From: Jimgerdemannia flammicorona
Lineage: Eukaryota
Direction of reading: 5' to 3'
DNA: 39,894 nucleotides
NCBI GenBank assembly: GCA_003990765.1
Contig: RBNJ01000131.1
Span: 1-39,894 of the forward strand
The position numbers and the translations under genes are program-made. Position 1 is the first letter of the stretch. Each line of letters opens with the position of its first letter. The notes beneath the pieces are model-generated. The model did not search any database. It was not told the DNA's origin and saw nothing but the letters and a program-made list of their open reading frames with translations. Positions 1 to 12,136 of this stretch are shown one piece after another.

Positions 1-73
<73 letters not shown>

Positions 74-89
74 AAAAAAAAAAAAAAAA
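1..89 (+). repeat. Poly(A) tract, probably the 3' tail of a non-LTR retrotransposon or retrocopy lying upstream of the window
   Basis: 89 nt of A with a single G at 61; similar to the TSD-flanked poly(A) insert at 34262-34307. Confidence 0.6.
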
Positions 90-143
90 GGTTCTAGTTG
101 AAAAATTACCAGAAAAATATACAACCCTAGAAAAATAATATAT

Positions 144-1095
144 TGTGATGAGCAAATAACATACATAGTATAGCCAGATGATGTGAACACTCAGCATAGC
201 ATAGTTACCCATACCTAGTTACCCACATGTGCCACAACTTATATAATTAGTCATATATCAAATTGAATATGTTAATCTGTACTCTAAGAACACACTAGTA
301 CTCAGTAGACACACCTGGTCACTCTCTCTCTAAAATAGCATTACTGTGCATTCTATAATTACTCAGATAGTAACCAGATAGCAACTATAACTATATAAAA
401 TACCCCAGAGACAAGAGTAAATAAACCTCAGTCTAAAAAGTTAAAGAAAAGTAGAGAGCTTCCCTTTCTACTCTAGTTTACTTTCTGATACAAAAGATTG
501 ATACACTTGTCAGACTAAGTCAGAAGAGAAACCTATATTTTTAGTATATTTACCAGACTAAGTCTGAAGATCTGATATTTAGTATACTTATCAGACTAAG
601 CCAGAAAAGTAGAGTCTGAAAAGTTCAAAAGCAAAAAGCCAATTATCTGGTATATTAGGAAAAATGCCTGTCAAAAGTCACTTGATTCAGGAAGAATTAT
701 AATACTTAGGAGATATGTCTGCTAATGAGCTACTGCTAAGAAGTTGTGAGCTTACTTTTCACTCTGATCTACTTTTTAATATAAAAAAGAAGAAGGTCCA
801 GCAATAAAAAGGATCTGTACTATTCAAGTTATCTATTTTATTCAAAAAACCTCTTAATTTAGAAAGAATCTATATCACCCACTATCTAAGGAAACTCTGC
901 ACTATTTAGAAAATTACTGCCTAATTAGGAAATTACTAAAATTATCTGTATTATGCAAAATAGAACTTGTATATATTTTCTGAGAGAGACTATCAAATAT
1001 TTTGTTACTTTTTTAATAAAGTAACTAGAGACTTAAGCTAATCTATATAATAGTTCTAATCTTATAATTTACCCTCATTGAGCTGGTATATTATA
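144..1095 (+). repeat. Putative 5' LTR of element E
   Basis: Starts TGTGATG, ends ...TATTATA (read as mutated ...TTACA); TATA-like ~391 and AATAAA ~420; followed by TTTGGGTGCTC (PBS-like); three CAGACTAAG repeats at ~505-610; no second copy to confirm the boundaries. Confidence 0.5.
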
Positions 1096-1199
1096 TTTGG
1101 GTGCTCAATTAGAAAGATTTTCTTTAAATCTATATAACTTTTCAGCTTACAAAAACTCAATAGCCAAATTGAATACATTTGATACAATACTAATCTCTG

Positions 1200-4100
1200 C
1201 CACTATAGAAGAATAAATCATTACTAGTATTTAGACAGAAGAGAAGTAATTAGCTCAAGACTTGCTAATTACTTAGTATTAGAAAGATCTCAACCAGAAG
1301 CCAGTATAGTACAGAATCCTCAACTAGTACTAATAGACTTACTACCAGAAGATCTAATCTAATTAGATCAATCAGATAATACAAATAACTCTACTAGAAA
1401 CTTTAATAAGCTTGTATAAGAATTAGAAAACTTTATTATATAAACCTAGTTTTCTTTAAAGCTTTACTAGTCTCCTCTATTGACCCATTATCAGAACTAG
1501 CAACTATAGTATCAGAAGAATCAGAAATAGTTTCTTTGAGAATACTCAGACCTACTGTATCTTACTCAAGACTAATAATCTCATCTTTAGAATACTCAAG
1601 TATTCCAAACTTCAGCAATAACTCAAAAAGTGAATCAGAACTAGAAGACACTAATGATAAAATGACCACTCTAATGTCAATTTTTGCAGAATATCCAGAA
1701 GAAGATCTAAGAGAATTCTTTGATGAGATTGAAAGAATAGTAGCTCTAAAGAATCTCTCTACTTAGAGAAAGATTACAGCCCAAATTAGAGAACTAGCTA
1801 AAGGAATTTTCAATCAAGTAGTATATAATATACATACAGATCTTAGAATAGCTATCCAGATAGTAATCTCTTGAAAAGAAGAGTATGAAACTATAATCTA
1901 CTAACTTATTGAAAAATTTACAGAAAATAAAACTCATCATAAGTTTTAAGAATTTATCATAGAAAGAAGATGAATCTCAAAAAATCACCTAGGGTATTTT
2001 TTATTAGAATCTAGAAAAAAATATATATAGCAGAGTTCAATGTTACTAACTAGAATATTATAGATTCAATGATCTTTATGAATGAAATTTCTCCAAACAT
2101 TACTCAGTATGTCTGTACTCTAGGCATTAGAAAGTCTGAAGAACAAGTAGATATAACTTAAGAATTTTTCAATATCAGATAAGAAACAATCTAGAGTAAT
2201 TAATAAGAAGAATAATAAGAAAGACCTCTTGGTTAAAACTTTATAAAAGCTCCTTTAAGAATGTAGAAAACCAGAAGAAGAGAAGCCAGTCAAGGAGTAA
2301 AAGAAAGAGAAAATCAAAATCCAGAACCTCAGTTTCAAACTAGACTAATTGGTTAGATAAATTGAAAAATTCACTATATATAAAAATTAGAGCTATCTAC
2401 AGGACAATAGAGGGTATATACTATGAAGAAACTAAGACTACTCACCCAGAAATAATAGGAGCTATCAGCTACAAAAAGAAAGAAAGTATCCAGTCTGAGA
2501 TAGAGCTCAAGTTTAATACTTCTACTGTAGATAGTTTGGTTGCTATACTATAAAATATAAAAATAGAAGAAGTATCAGAGCTACCAAATTAAAAGAATAC
2601 AACCCAGTATAAGAAGACTGAAACTCACTCTGTTGAAGACTTTGAAGAAAAAAGTAACAGTGAAGACTACAGTAATCTAGACCTATATCTAATTAAGGTT
2701 ATCTTTAGAAAAACAGTTTACTCAGCTAAGAAAAAGAAGAGACCAGTAGAAAGATCATCCAGAAATATCAGCAGAAGAACTATTTAGAAAGAAGATAAAG
2801 AAGATGAAGAGGAACAGATTGAAATATCTCTCCAGTCTTTCTCACTTTTTGTCTTTGAAACAAACAAACTACTACTAGAAGATGAAGAAATAAAGTAAGA
2901 AAAACAAAAGCCTATTGTTCTAAAGTCTAAGAAGAAGTATATTCCATGGACCATACCTAGAGATATCTATAATAAAACCTAGCAAAAGATTTAAAAAGTT
3001 AAAATAGAAGTCTCTCTTCTGTAGTTCTTATAGCTAATATCTGCTAGAGTTTAAAATAAACTGTTGAGAATTACCAGGTTCAGTACTAGCCAAGTTCCAA
3101 TCCTATAATAAGAACCAGTACTAACTACTATCCAGACTACAGAAAGATATATTAGTATCTGTATAGAGATATTAGAGGACAGAAGGTAAAAATTCTTATT
3201 GATATAGGAGCAGCTATCTGTATTATTACCAAATAATTTCTAATCATAGTAGCAGATGGAGTACAAACTCAACCTCTTAGAGAAGTATAAAATATTACTA
3301 TCTCTTTTAGATATATTTATTTCTCCATTTTAAAGGCTATTGTCACTAAAGCTATCATATATAATAAAATTCTTAGTACTAACTAGATGAAGAAGATGAA
3401 TACAGTTATTGATATTAGTCAATAGGTACTCAAATTTAAGTACTGAGAAAAGAAATACCAAATCAAGATAATCAACTATAAGTAATTGAAGAAGAAGAAA
3501 GTTATTATCCAAATAGTATACCAGTAGTGAAGAATCTACTATAGAGAAAGAAGAAGAATCTGAAGATAGAAATGATCCCAGACTTAATCTATGAATCAAT
3601 CTAGTAGATGACAGATCAGAAGATAATATATAGACAAAAGACACTATCTCTATTACATATAATCAGAGCTATTGCAGGATAAGCCAGAGGATGCCTCATT
3701 TGTCTCAAAAGATACAAGTACTCCAAACATTCCTCCAAGATCATTAGAATAAGGAATTTATTTAATATAGTCTGTTCTGAATATAGAAAAAGAAAGAAGA
3801 AATATAACTACTCTCTAAAGATATCTATAACTGAAGCTATAGAAGTTTAAGCAATCTGGGGTTAAAAAATATCTAATGAATAAACTCCTGAACAAGAAGT
3901 TTCTAAACAGGAGAAACTCTCTGAACTTATTCTCTGAGATGATTCTTACTAGACTCTATCAGAAGATGATGATTTCTGAAATGCTAAAGAAGTATAGTTT
4001 CTATTATCCCAAAATAAGAGATATACTAGGAAAGAGTCTTTTGGCTAAAAAGATACTAGTATCAGATAGTCTTCCACTCTTCTCAACACTACTACTATAG

Positions 4101-4302
4101 TGTCATTTATTGGATCAGTAAGAGAGATAAAGATATCTCAAACCAGTATCTCTAGTAATTATTTTATAGATAACTATATACTAAGAAATACAACTATATT
4201 GATAAAATAAGTTCATAAAATAGGCCATTATATCTATATAGAGATATAGCCCTTAGCTACTCTTCTCTCTACCTATGATAGGGAAGGTTATTAATTTTCA
4301 AG
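1200..4302 (+). pseudogene. Element E gag/protease region, degenerate
   Basis: Gag-like IFAEYPEEDLREFFDEIER (ORF 1536-1766); aspartic protease motif remnant near 3190; numerous stops; start boundary approximate. Confidence 0.6.
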
Positions 4303-4306
4303 ATAG

Positions 4307-5878
4307 TGTTATGTAGTGGTCACTGAGTCCTTCAAATATACCAGATTCTCTTTAAGATACATATATCTCTTAGACTAACTCAAGTTTGTTATAAGCAAGT
4401 TCTTATTGGAGTACCTTCCTAAGATCTTATAGTCCTCAAACTTCTTATCTTTAAACTGTCTTGTTATCTCTTTAGATTGCTTGTAAGAAATTGTGTATAA
4501 GTGAACCAGAACTGACTTTATTTCAAAGGAAATAAGAGGGGTATTTATACAAAATATAATTCAATAGTTGCTAATATATAAAGCTAAATATAAATTCCAA
4601 TAATCAAAACAAAATACCAGGACAGAAAAACTGCTAAGTTCCAGAGTTGGCACTGATAGTTGTATAGGTTCAGGATACTGGTATAATTTTGGTGGTATAG
4701 AAAAATAGTGCTGAAATAATTCAATATCACATCAGAATGCCAGTGTTGGCATAATTCAGTATCATATCAGAATGCCAGTACTGGCATAATTCAGTGTCAC
4801 CAAAGAACTTTAGAGTAGAATATTCAAGACTATAGGGCTTCATTCTCATCAGAGGTCAGGATGTCTTTGAAGGAGATGAGGTCTACAAATTCATCATCAT
4901 CATATAGGTTGTATGTTTTATATATATTATGTATCTCATGTATATCATATGGAATAATGTCATTATGTTCAGCAGTAGTAGAAATAAGGAGGTCTGGGGC
5001 TCTCTAGTCTATGAGGTTCTCTTCCACAAAATAGGGAACAAATATGGGGTCTTAGGGAGGTCTAATCTAAATGCTTGGGCCTTAGAATACTGAGATCAAT
5101 CCTTGCAGGAATTGGTCTGGGTTGTCCTGGAGGATGGGATGCTGGAAGTCTTCTACTTCATCACTATTGAGGGTGATAGTAGACTGGGCTTCTGTAGCCA
5201 CCCTGGCTTCTAGTGCATTGATACAGTAGGCTGACAGATCTCTGAAGTCTGAGACTCTAACATACTCTAAGTTGGGGATTGACTATGGTGCATGCCTGAA
5301 GATCTGATAGATCTTCTTAGCTGTCCTTGTTTTGCATATATCTATGGGAATGACATCTTGTAGCTCTTGAGTACTGGTCTGTGGAAACTTCCAGCAGAGG
5401 AGGTTTCCTATCTCATACTCCTGCTATATTTGGAGGTATTCAGTAGCAATGGTGATTCTTGTTTCCATTTCACAGTGGTAGAGGATATAATGATAAGAAT
5501 CACTAATACCCAGGTTGACACAAAGAGTCCTTCTTGAGTAGGTCCTCATGGCTCTTCTGATGTCTTGGAACATTCTTTCTTCAACTGAGGTATCTTGATA
5601 GTTCCTTGATCTTGAGGTTTGATGAGCAGCAGACATTTTGTTTATGGTAAGTCATTGAGCTATTTTGAGATTGGTGGGTCTTATTAGTTGCTGCTACTGT
5701 GGTTCCTTGATCCTTCTTTTATATTCCTTAAGATACCCATACTGTGGTCACAATAACTCACAGTTGGTCATTATTGCTCATCTTGTATACTGTATGATCT
5801 CCTTGTGCTTTGATCTGGTGGCTTACAAGGAAAGGCTGTCTCCTGTACTGATGTCATCATTCTGGGATCATTGTTACA
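4307..5878 (-). repeat. 3' LTR of element B (1572 bp)
   Basis: TGTTATG...TGTTACA; homologous along its length to 12137-13720 and 28943-30569; abuts the PPT; ~32-bp tandem repeats at ~4670-4800. Confidence 0.95.
4810..5636 (-). pseudogene. LTR-encoded accessory ORF of family B, copy 1 (stops and a frameshift)
   Basis: MSAAHQTSRSRNYQDTSVEERMFQDIRRAM..., collinear with the 12636-13478 copy. Confidence 0.75.
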
Positions 5879-5888
5879 TCTTTCTCCT
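5879..5888 (-). promoter_or_regulatory. Polypurine tract of element B
   Basis: AGGAGAAAGA on the minus strand immediately before the 3' LTR. Confidence 0.85.
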
Positions 5889-5912
5889 GAATAAGAATCT
5901 TCTTGAATATTC

Positions 5913-6227
5913 TTATTCATTGGTCCAGTCTTGAAAAATTTGCTAATCCCATAACCTCTGGCAAGGGGTTGAAAAGTGGTGTTTATGGGCTAGTATCTTT
6001 TCTTTGTATTTTGGCATGATGGTGAAGGGTTGCTCTCTTCATATAGAGCAAGGACCTGATTCTGATCTTAACCAATCAGTTGATGGTTCAAACTCCTCTA
6101 GCTTTGAAAGTCTCATGGATGAGTAGTTGCTGGTACCATATCCCTTAGAGAATGGTTCAGACAGATAGTTTGCTGGTCATGAGACATGCTGTTACGATTT
6201 GTGGACTAGAATCTTATGGGCAGTCAT
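5913..6227 (-). pseudogene. Extra ~104-codon ORF between integrase and PPT of element B, function unknown
   Basis: ATG 6 nt after the IN stop; MTAHKILVHKS*QHVS*PANYLSEPFSKGYG...GPCSI*REQP...HKHHFSTPCQRLWD*QIFQDWTNE; frame is kept and four internal stops are explicable by C>T/G>A. Confidence 0.45.
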
Positions 6228-6233
6228 TATATT

Positions 6234-7443
6234 TTACTTCTCTTGTATAGATTCATGGTACTTCTTGAGTCTGCTCCTATATACCATAGTAAGCAGTATG
6301 GTCTCTGAGATTTTTCTAAGCTAGAAGGTAGTTCCCTTAATATCTTGCATATAGAAGGGTCCTTCTCATTTGGGCTCCAGTTTTTGCAATCATGAGGCTT
6401 CTACCATATTTCAATACAGTAGGACCTTTTCTCTGATTTGGATGGATTCTAGAGTCTTGTGATTCTTTTCTGCATTTTTCTTTATCAGTACTTATGACTT
6501 GATGATACATATAATCTTCAGCCTTCTTCTTGATTTGGTATAGTCTCCAGATTTCTGCATTGACCCATCTCCAAGTTAGGTCTAGATTTGTGGCTAAGGT
6601 TCCATCAGAATCTTCTTCTCTGAAGAGCAGTTCTCTTGGGGTAAAGTGTGTACTCTGTGACTGTATGTCTTGTAGGACAGAGAGGGCAGTTGGGAGATAG
6701 TTATCTCAATTCTCATATATCTCTGAGATCTTCACCAGGATGTTCTTGAGGGTCTTGTTGGTTCTTTCTGTCTATCCATTTCCTTGAGAGTGATAGGCAG
6801 TAGTCTTGATGTGCTGAATCTTGTATTTCTGATACATTATCTCATAGAATCCATTGATAAATTCTGTGCTGTAGTCTGTTGTGATTTGCTTCAGTGTCTT
6901 GTAGTAGCAGATGATTTCTCAGTACAGGAAGTTAGCTATAGAGAGGGCATTGGCTTCTTGTAATGCTCCTGCTTCTATCCATTTGGTAAAGAGGTCTACA
7001 ATAACTATAATATAGTAGTTTCCTAATAGTATTACTAGTAGTAGCCCAATGATATCCATTGCAATATGGTAGAAGGAGATAGGCTCAATTCTTGATGACC
7101 TGGGTGCCTGGTCTTACTGATCTTGTTTCTGTTTTTAGTACTTATTACACTCTTTGACAAATTGGTGCAGGTCTTCTTTCATTTTGGGCCACTATATAGT
7201 TTTTCTTGCCTTGTTGTATATATTGATTCCACTTAGATATCCTTGCTCATATACTTCCTTCATTACTTGACACTTCTTATGTTCAGGTATTACTAGCTTT
7301 CCTCCTTTTCTGAGTATAATATTGTCTAGTTCAAACTGTTTTCAAGTCTGGTTGATGATAGTGATTATCTAGAGTTTGAGGTAGTTGGACATCTTCTACT
7401 GTCTAAGATAGCTGATTAATCTATAGTATAACTCCTTATTCAT
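6234..7443 (-). pseudogene. Integrase of element B, in a separate reading frame from RT-RH
   Basis: IAMDIIGLL, VDLFTKWIEA, TTAYHSQGNG, C-terminal GPFY; starts ATGAATAA overlapping the RH stop. Confidence 0.9.
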
Positions 7444-10400
7444 ATTGAATAGTCTTGATGGGGATATTTCAGAGTATTCTTGAGAGTATATCAGCATTGG
7501 TGTTGGTTCTTTCTGAGTGATGTTTGACAGTACAGTCATACTCTTGTAGCCTGTAGATCCATCTGGCATATATTTCTTTAGGGTTCAGAGTGTGGAATAG
7601 CCAGGCAAGAGCAGAATGATCTGTTTGAATAGTGAAGTGTTTCCTGGCTAGATAGTAGTGGAACTTGTCTACTGCTCAAACTACTGCTAAGCATTTGAGC
7701 TTGTATGACTCATAGTTCTGTTCTGCTCTGTAGGTATGTATCTCAGCTTGCATAGGAGATGACATATTCATATCCATCTTTCTTCTGAGCTAGAACTGTT
7801 CTAAGTCCTATAGCACTTGCATCTATCTGTAGAATGAATTCTAGATTTCAATCTGATCTTCTGAGGATAGGTACTTGGGTCAACCTGATCTTGAGTTTAT
7901 TAAAGGTTTCTTGGAATTTCTTGATCTATTTGAATTTTGTTTCCTTCTTCAGTAGCTCATAGATAGGTGCTGTAATATTGGAGTATTCTTTGATGAATCT
8001 TCTGTAGTAGCTGGCCAGTCCAAGGAAGGCATAGACTTCTGTGGTTGTCCTGGGTCTCGGGTAGGCTGCAACAGCCTCAATCTTCATGGAGTCTGTGTGG
8101 ATTCTGATCTGGTTGATAAGGTGTCCTAGGTAGGCAATTTCTTGAGCTACAAACTTGCATTTCTTGGGCTTGATGTAGAGGCCATGCTTCTTGAGCTTCT
8201 TGAGGGTTAGTTGTATATAGTTGTGTAGTATTGCTGAAGATGATTACATCATCAACATAAACAAAGAGACATTTTCCAATCTCATTGCTGAAGACTCTGT
8301 TCATCATTCACTGAAAACTTGCTGGGGCATTGCACATTCCAAATAGCATTCACAGGTAGATATAGGTAGCATCAGATGTAATGAAGGCTGATTTCTCACT
8401 GGCATCTTGAGTGAGACTAATCTGATGGAAGCCTGAGAACAGATCCAAGGTGGTGTAGTATTTGGCTTTACTTCCAAGAGTGGTAAGGATTTCTTAAATA
8501 TTTGGTAAGGGCTGCCTATCCTTCTTGATAATTGCATTGAACTTCCTATAGTCAATACAGAGTCTTGGTGCAAACTCTCCAGGCTTGCTTCCTTTCTTCA
8601 GAGCAAGGACAATAGGTGAAGCCCAGAGACTGATAGCTTGCTTGATGATTCTGGCTTCTTCCATTTCCTTGAGTTCTGCTCACAGCCATTCTCTGTAGAC
8701 AGATGGTATAGGTCTGGCTTTCTGGTAGATGGACTTGGTATTACCAGTGTCAACTTTGTGATAGTACTTGGGTTCTTGATTATAGATATTCCTAGTGCTT
8801 TGAACGAGTCAATCCGGATGGGATTTGGATGGATTCGAATCAACCATTGTTTTGATTGCCAAATTAGACAATTAAATGTTTACATCAATAACTTGATGAA
8901 TAATCATCCAAATTTGATGATCTTGGTGTCATTTGAAAGCCCTTAGTAAGGCCTTTCTAATGATACCAAGAACATTAAAATCGGATTACGTGTTGCCGAG
9001 ATATTAAGGAAAACGTTCCATATGACGAAATTTCCAAAATCGGCAAATCAAAGAATTTCCAAAATCGGCGATTCAGACGTTTTCCTTCATAACTCAGCAA
9101 CGCATGATCCGATTTCAATGTTCTTGGTATCATTAGATAGGCCTTATTAAGGGCTTTCAAATTACACCAAGATCATCAAATTTGGAAATCAAAACAATGG
9201 TTGATTCGAATCCGATTCGAATCTGATTTGAATCCGATTTGAATCCATCCAGATGGGATTCAAATCCCATCCAAGTTGATCCAGATGGGATTCAATCTGA
9301 ATCAATCCGAATCCAATCCAGATTAAATTGACTCGTTAGGAGCACTAGATATCCCTGAAGTCTTTAGCAAGTACTCCTTCATTCTGGTACAGGATCTTGA
9401 GAAGTTATTCTTCTAGGGGAAAGTTTTCTCCAATGGTATATGTGTGCTTGTTCTGGTCTCTGTCTTTCTTGTACTCAAGTTCGATAATCTTGGTAGTGGC
9501 ATAGACTCCTCTTCCAGTAGATCTAAAGCCTTGTTCTCCTCTCTTGGTCTTGATGAGTTCGATGGCTTCAGTGATCTTGGGCTTCTTAATTTTGTAGATC
9601 AGTATCTGGCCAATTCTGTCATGCTTCTTGACTTCAAATGAAGTAGTGGCATTGTGATTCCTGACTATGAGAAAGATCTCACCAGTGTAATCAGGGTCAA
9701 TACTCCTCCTTCAACTGAGATTTCACTTTTGGCCAGACTGCTTCTGGTCTTGATAATTCCAGTATGGTTCTCTGGCAGCTTGACTCCAATTCCAGTGCCA
9801 AGTAGGGTAGTGGTCTGTGGTTCAAGGATAGCATCTTGAATGCTGGCAAGGTCTATTTCTATAGCTCCTTTAGTCTTGTATTCTGGGATCTTGGCTTTGG
9901 GGTGAAACTTCTTAACCTTGAGGGTGATGTCTGATTCTTGTTCCTCCTCATTATTACTGTCAGCTTGAAGCTCAGGGGGCTGGTCATCTTCTTCAGCTTT
10001 CTTTTTTTCTTCAGTAGCTTCTTGCTCATATTTCTGTTGGTGGATTTTCCTAACTTTACTGATACAGAACTAGCAGTCATTCAGGTGTTCAGAGTAGTAC
10101 ATCTTAGTACCATGGGGGAATCTTCCTTGAGGGACATAGCTATTGATAATCTTGTTGTACCACTGCTCATCTGTGAGCTTGAGTGTCTTGTTCTTATTCT
10201 TGTTCACTGAGTGCATGAAGACTTCTGTGTCCTCTTCATCTCCTTCCTCTATATCTGATAAGACTCCTTTGTGAACATTGATAGAGACTCATACTTTTCT
10301 TTCTCTATAGTTGATCTGTATCTTCTAGACATTGAGGTCAATGATGGACTTGACCTTGTAAAGTCATTGGTTGCCAATGAGGATGTCATAATTGGTGGCA

Positions 10401-12016
10401 CTTATAACAATCACATCTACTGGAATAGTAGCTTCTCTTATCTTGATAGGGACTTCTTGGATTTTGCCAAGAAGGGTAGCTTATATACCATCTGCTGTGA
10501 CATAGACCATCTTGGTGGACTCTTCAATATCCCAGTCTAGGTAGTCAATTGCCTTCTTACTCATGAGGCATCCTCCAGCACTAGTATCAATAATGGCATC
10601 AAAGATACAATCTTCAATCTAATATAGAGTATAGGCTGATGTCTTGTGCTGGTCTTCAGATTCTTCACCTAAGTCTTCTGATTCTTTCTGTACATTGTGA
10701 GCTTCTACAATCTTGTACTCTTAATTCTTGGCAGTAGTTGTAAGTCCTACTCTCAACTGCTGTCTAAAGGCAGAGACTTCAGCTAGCTGTCCAAAAGTAG
10801 TATTGATCTTCTATTTCTTGAGATTCTTGTAAATATCATACTGATGGATCTTGGTCTTGCACAGCTTCTGTTCCTTCTTGCTTTCACTTTCTCCTGAGAC
10901 TGGAGTAGTACCTTCAATGATTTGGTGGGCAGCTTCATCTAACTCTATGTCTTGATCAATCTCCTCAGATTGGGTCTTGCTTTGAATAGTAACAGCTGGG
11001 GTCTTCTTTGGTCTTCCAACTGGCTTGCTATTACTCTTCTTATCATAGAGCTTAGACCAGGTTCTGGTACCTTCAGTAGCAGAATAGAATTTGAGCTCTT
11101 TATAGTATTCTTCATCATCAGTACCACCAATCTTCTTAATAACTACTGTATTGATTTGTTCTCTGGTTCTACTAGCATTGCTTGGTTGGACTTTATGTAT
11201 TGTTTCAGTCATGCAATTCTTTGTATAGTGGCCTTTTTCTCTATATCTGAAGCATATAATATTGTGTTCTTCTATAGCAGCTATAAATCTCTACACTGGT
11301 CTCCTGTTGGTACTTCAGACTTCTCTAACAACATTATCAAGGTATGCAGTCATCTTGGCAAACTTCTTGGCAAGTTCCTCCACTGGATCAGCTTTGGCTG
11401 TCTTGGGGGTAGGTGGGGTTGGTTGTCTGTTTATAACTGTAGTAAGTATGATACTAGTTGGCTTTGATGGCTCTATCTTGATGCTAGTTATTTTCTCCAT
11501 TGAGTGTTCAGCAGGGTGTCTGGCAGTCCAATATCTCTGTGCAAAGACTACTTTCTGATCAAGGGTCAGTGTAGCTGGGATAGACCAAATTGCTAGGGCA
11601 ATTTCAGAATAAACTCCTTTGAGGAAGGTTGAATCTGCTATTTGTTCCTTAAGAGTATCATCATAGCCAGCTAAGACAATTTGGTAATAGATTTGGGTAT
11701 AGAATGAGTTGGAATCTTCACTGAGTCTCTGGCAGATAGTATTGAGTTGATTCTTGAGAGCTTGCTTGATCTCTTCAGTATAGTATGTTGTTCTGAAAAA
11801 GGCCTTCATATTGGCAAGTTTGGCTGCACCATTAGTAGTAATAGTGGCTACATTGAACTTGTCTCTGACAGATCCTCTGAGGCTGACTGGTAGAAGGGCC
11901 AATTATGCATCCACACCAAGGGCTTATACAGTGGCAAATTGTTCAAAGTCTTCAATAAAGATCAGGATTGACTCTTTAATAGTATATCTATAGAATGTGG
12001 GAGGACACATTTCCAT
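7436..12016 (-). pseudogene. gag-PR-dUTPase-RT-RNaseH of element B, interrupted by a MITE at 8793-9347
   Basis: Gag ORFs 11315-11902 and 10811-11212; IIDTSAGG protease; GGVLTL/RSSLAKS dUTPase remnants; YVDD in ORF 8077-8307; RNaseH ADASAIGLRTVL. Confidence 0.9.
8793..9347. mobile_element. Non-autonomous hAT-type MITE (555 bp) inserted in pol of element B
   Basis: ~21-bp imperfect TIRs TAGTGCTTTGAACGAGTCAAT / ATTGACTCGTTAGGAGCACTA; 8-bp TSD GATATTCC (8785-8792) / GATATCCC (9348-9355); GAATC-type subterminal repeats. Confidence 0.9.
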
Positions 12017-12124
12017 CTTGTCTTGAATTCTTGCAGGGGTGACTCTTGTAGTCAGAATAGTTGTTGTGGTGGTTGTTCATTTTTCAGCTTGAAAGTGAGG
12101 GATTCATCTTGAATCACCAGCCAA

Positions 12125-12133
12125 TGGGCACCA
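12125..12133 (-). promoter_or_regulatory. Primer binding site of element B (TGGTGCCCA)
   Basis: Starts with TGG 3 nt inside the 5' LTR end; identical to the PBS of A and D. Confidence 0.85.
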
Positions 12134-12136
12134 AGT

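Noticed and set aside
4670-4800. ~32-bp repeats (also 12500-12625 and 29345-29500) as a CRISPR array
   Set aside because: Head-to-tail degenerate repeats without unique spacers, inside an LTR, no cas genes, eukaryotic context
5665-5934. ORF recurring at 13507-13707 and 30329-30634
   Set aside because: Recurs only because the LTR is repeated; antisense, non-ATG start and variable ends
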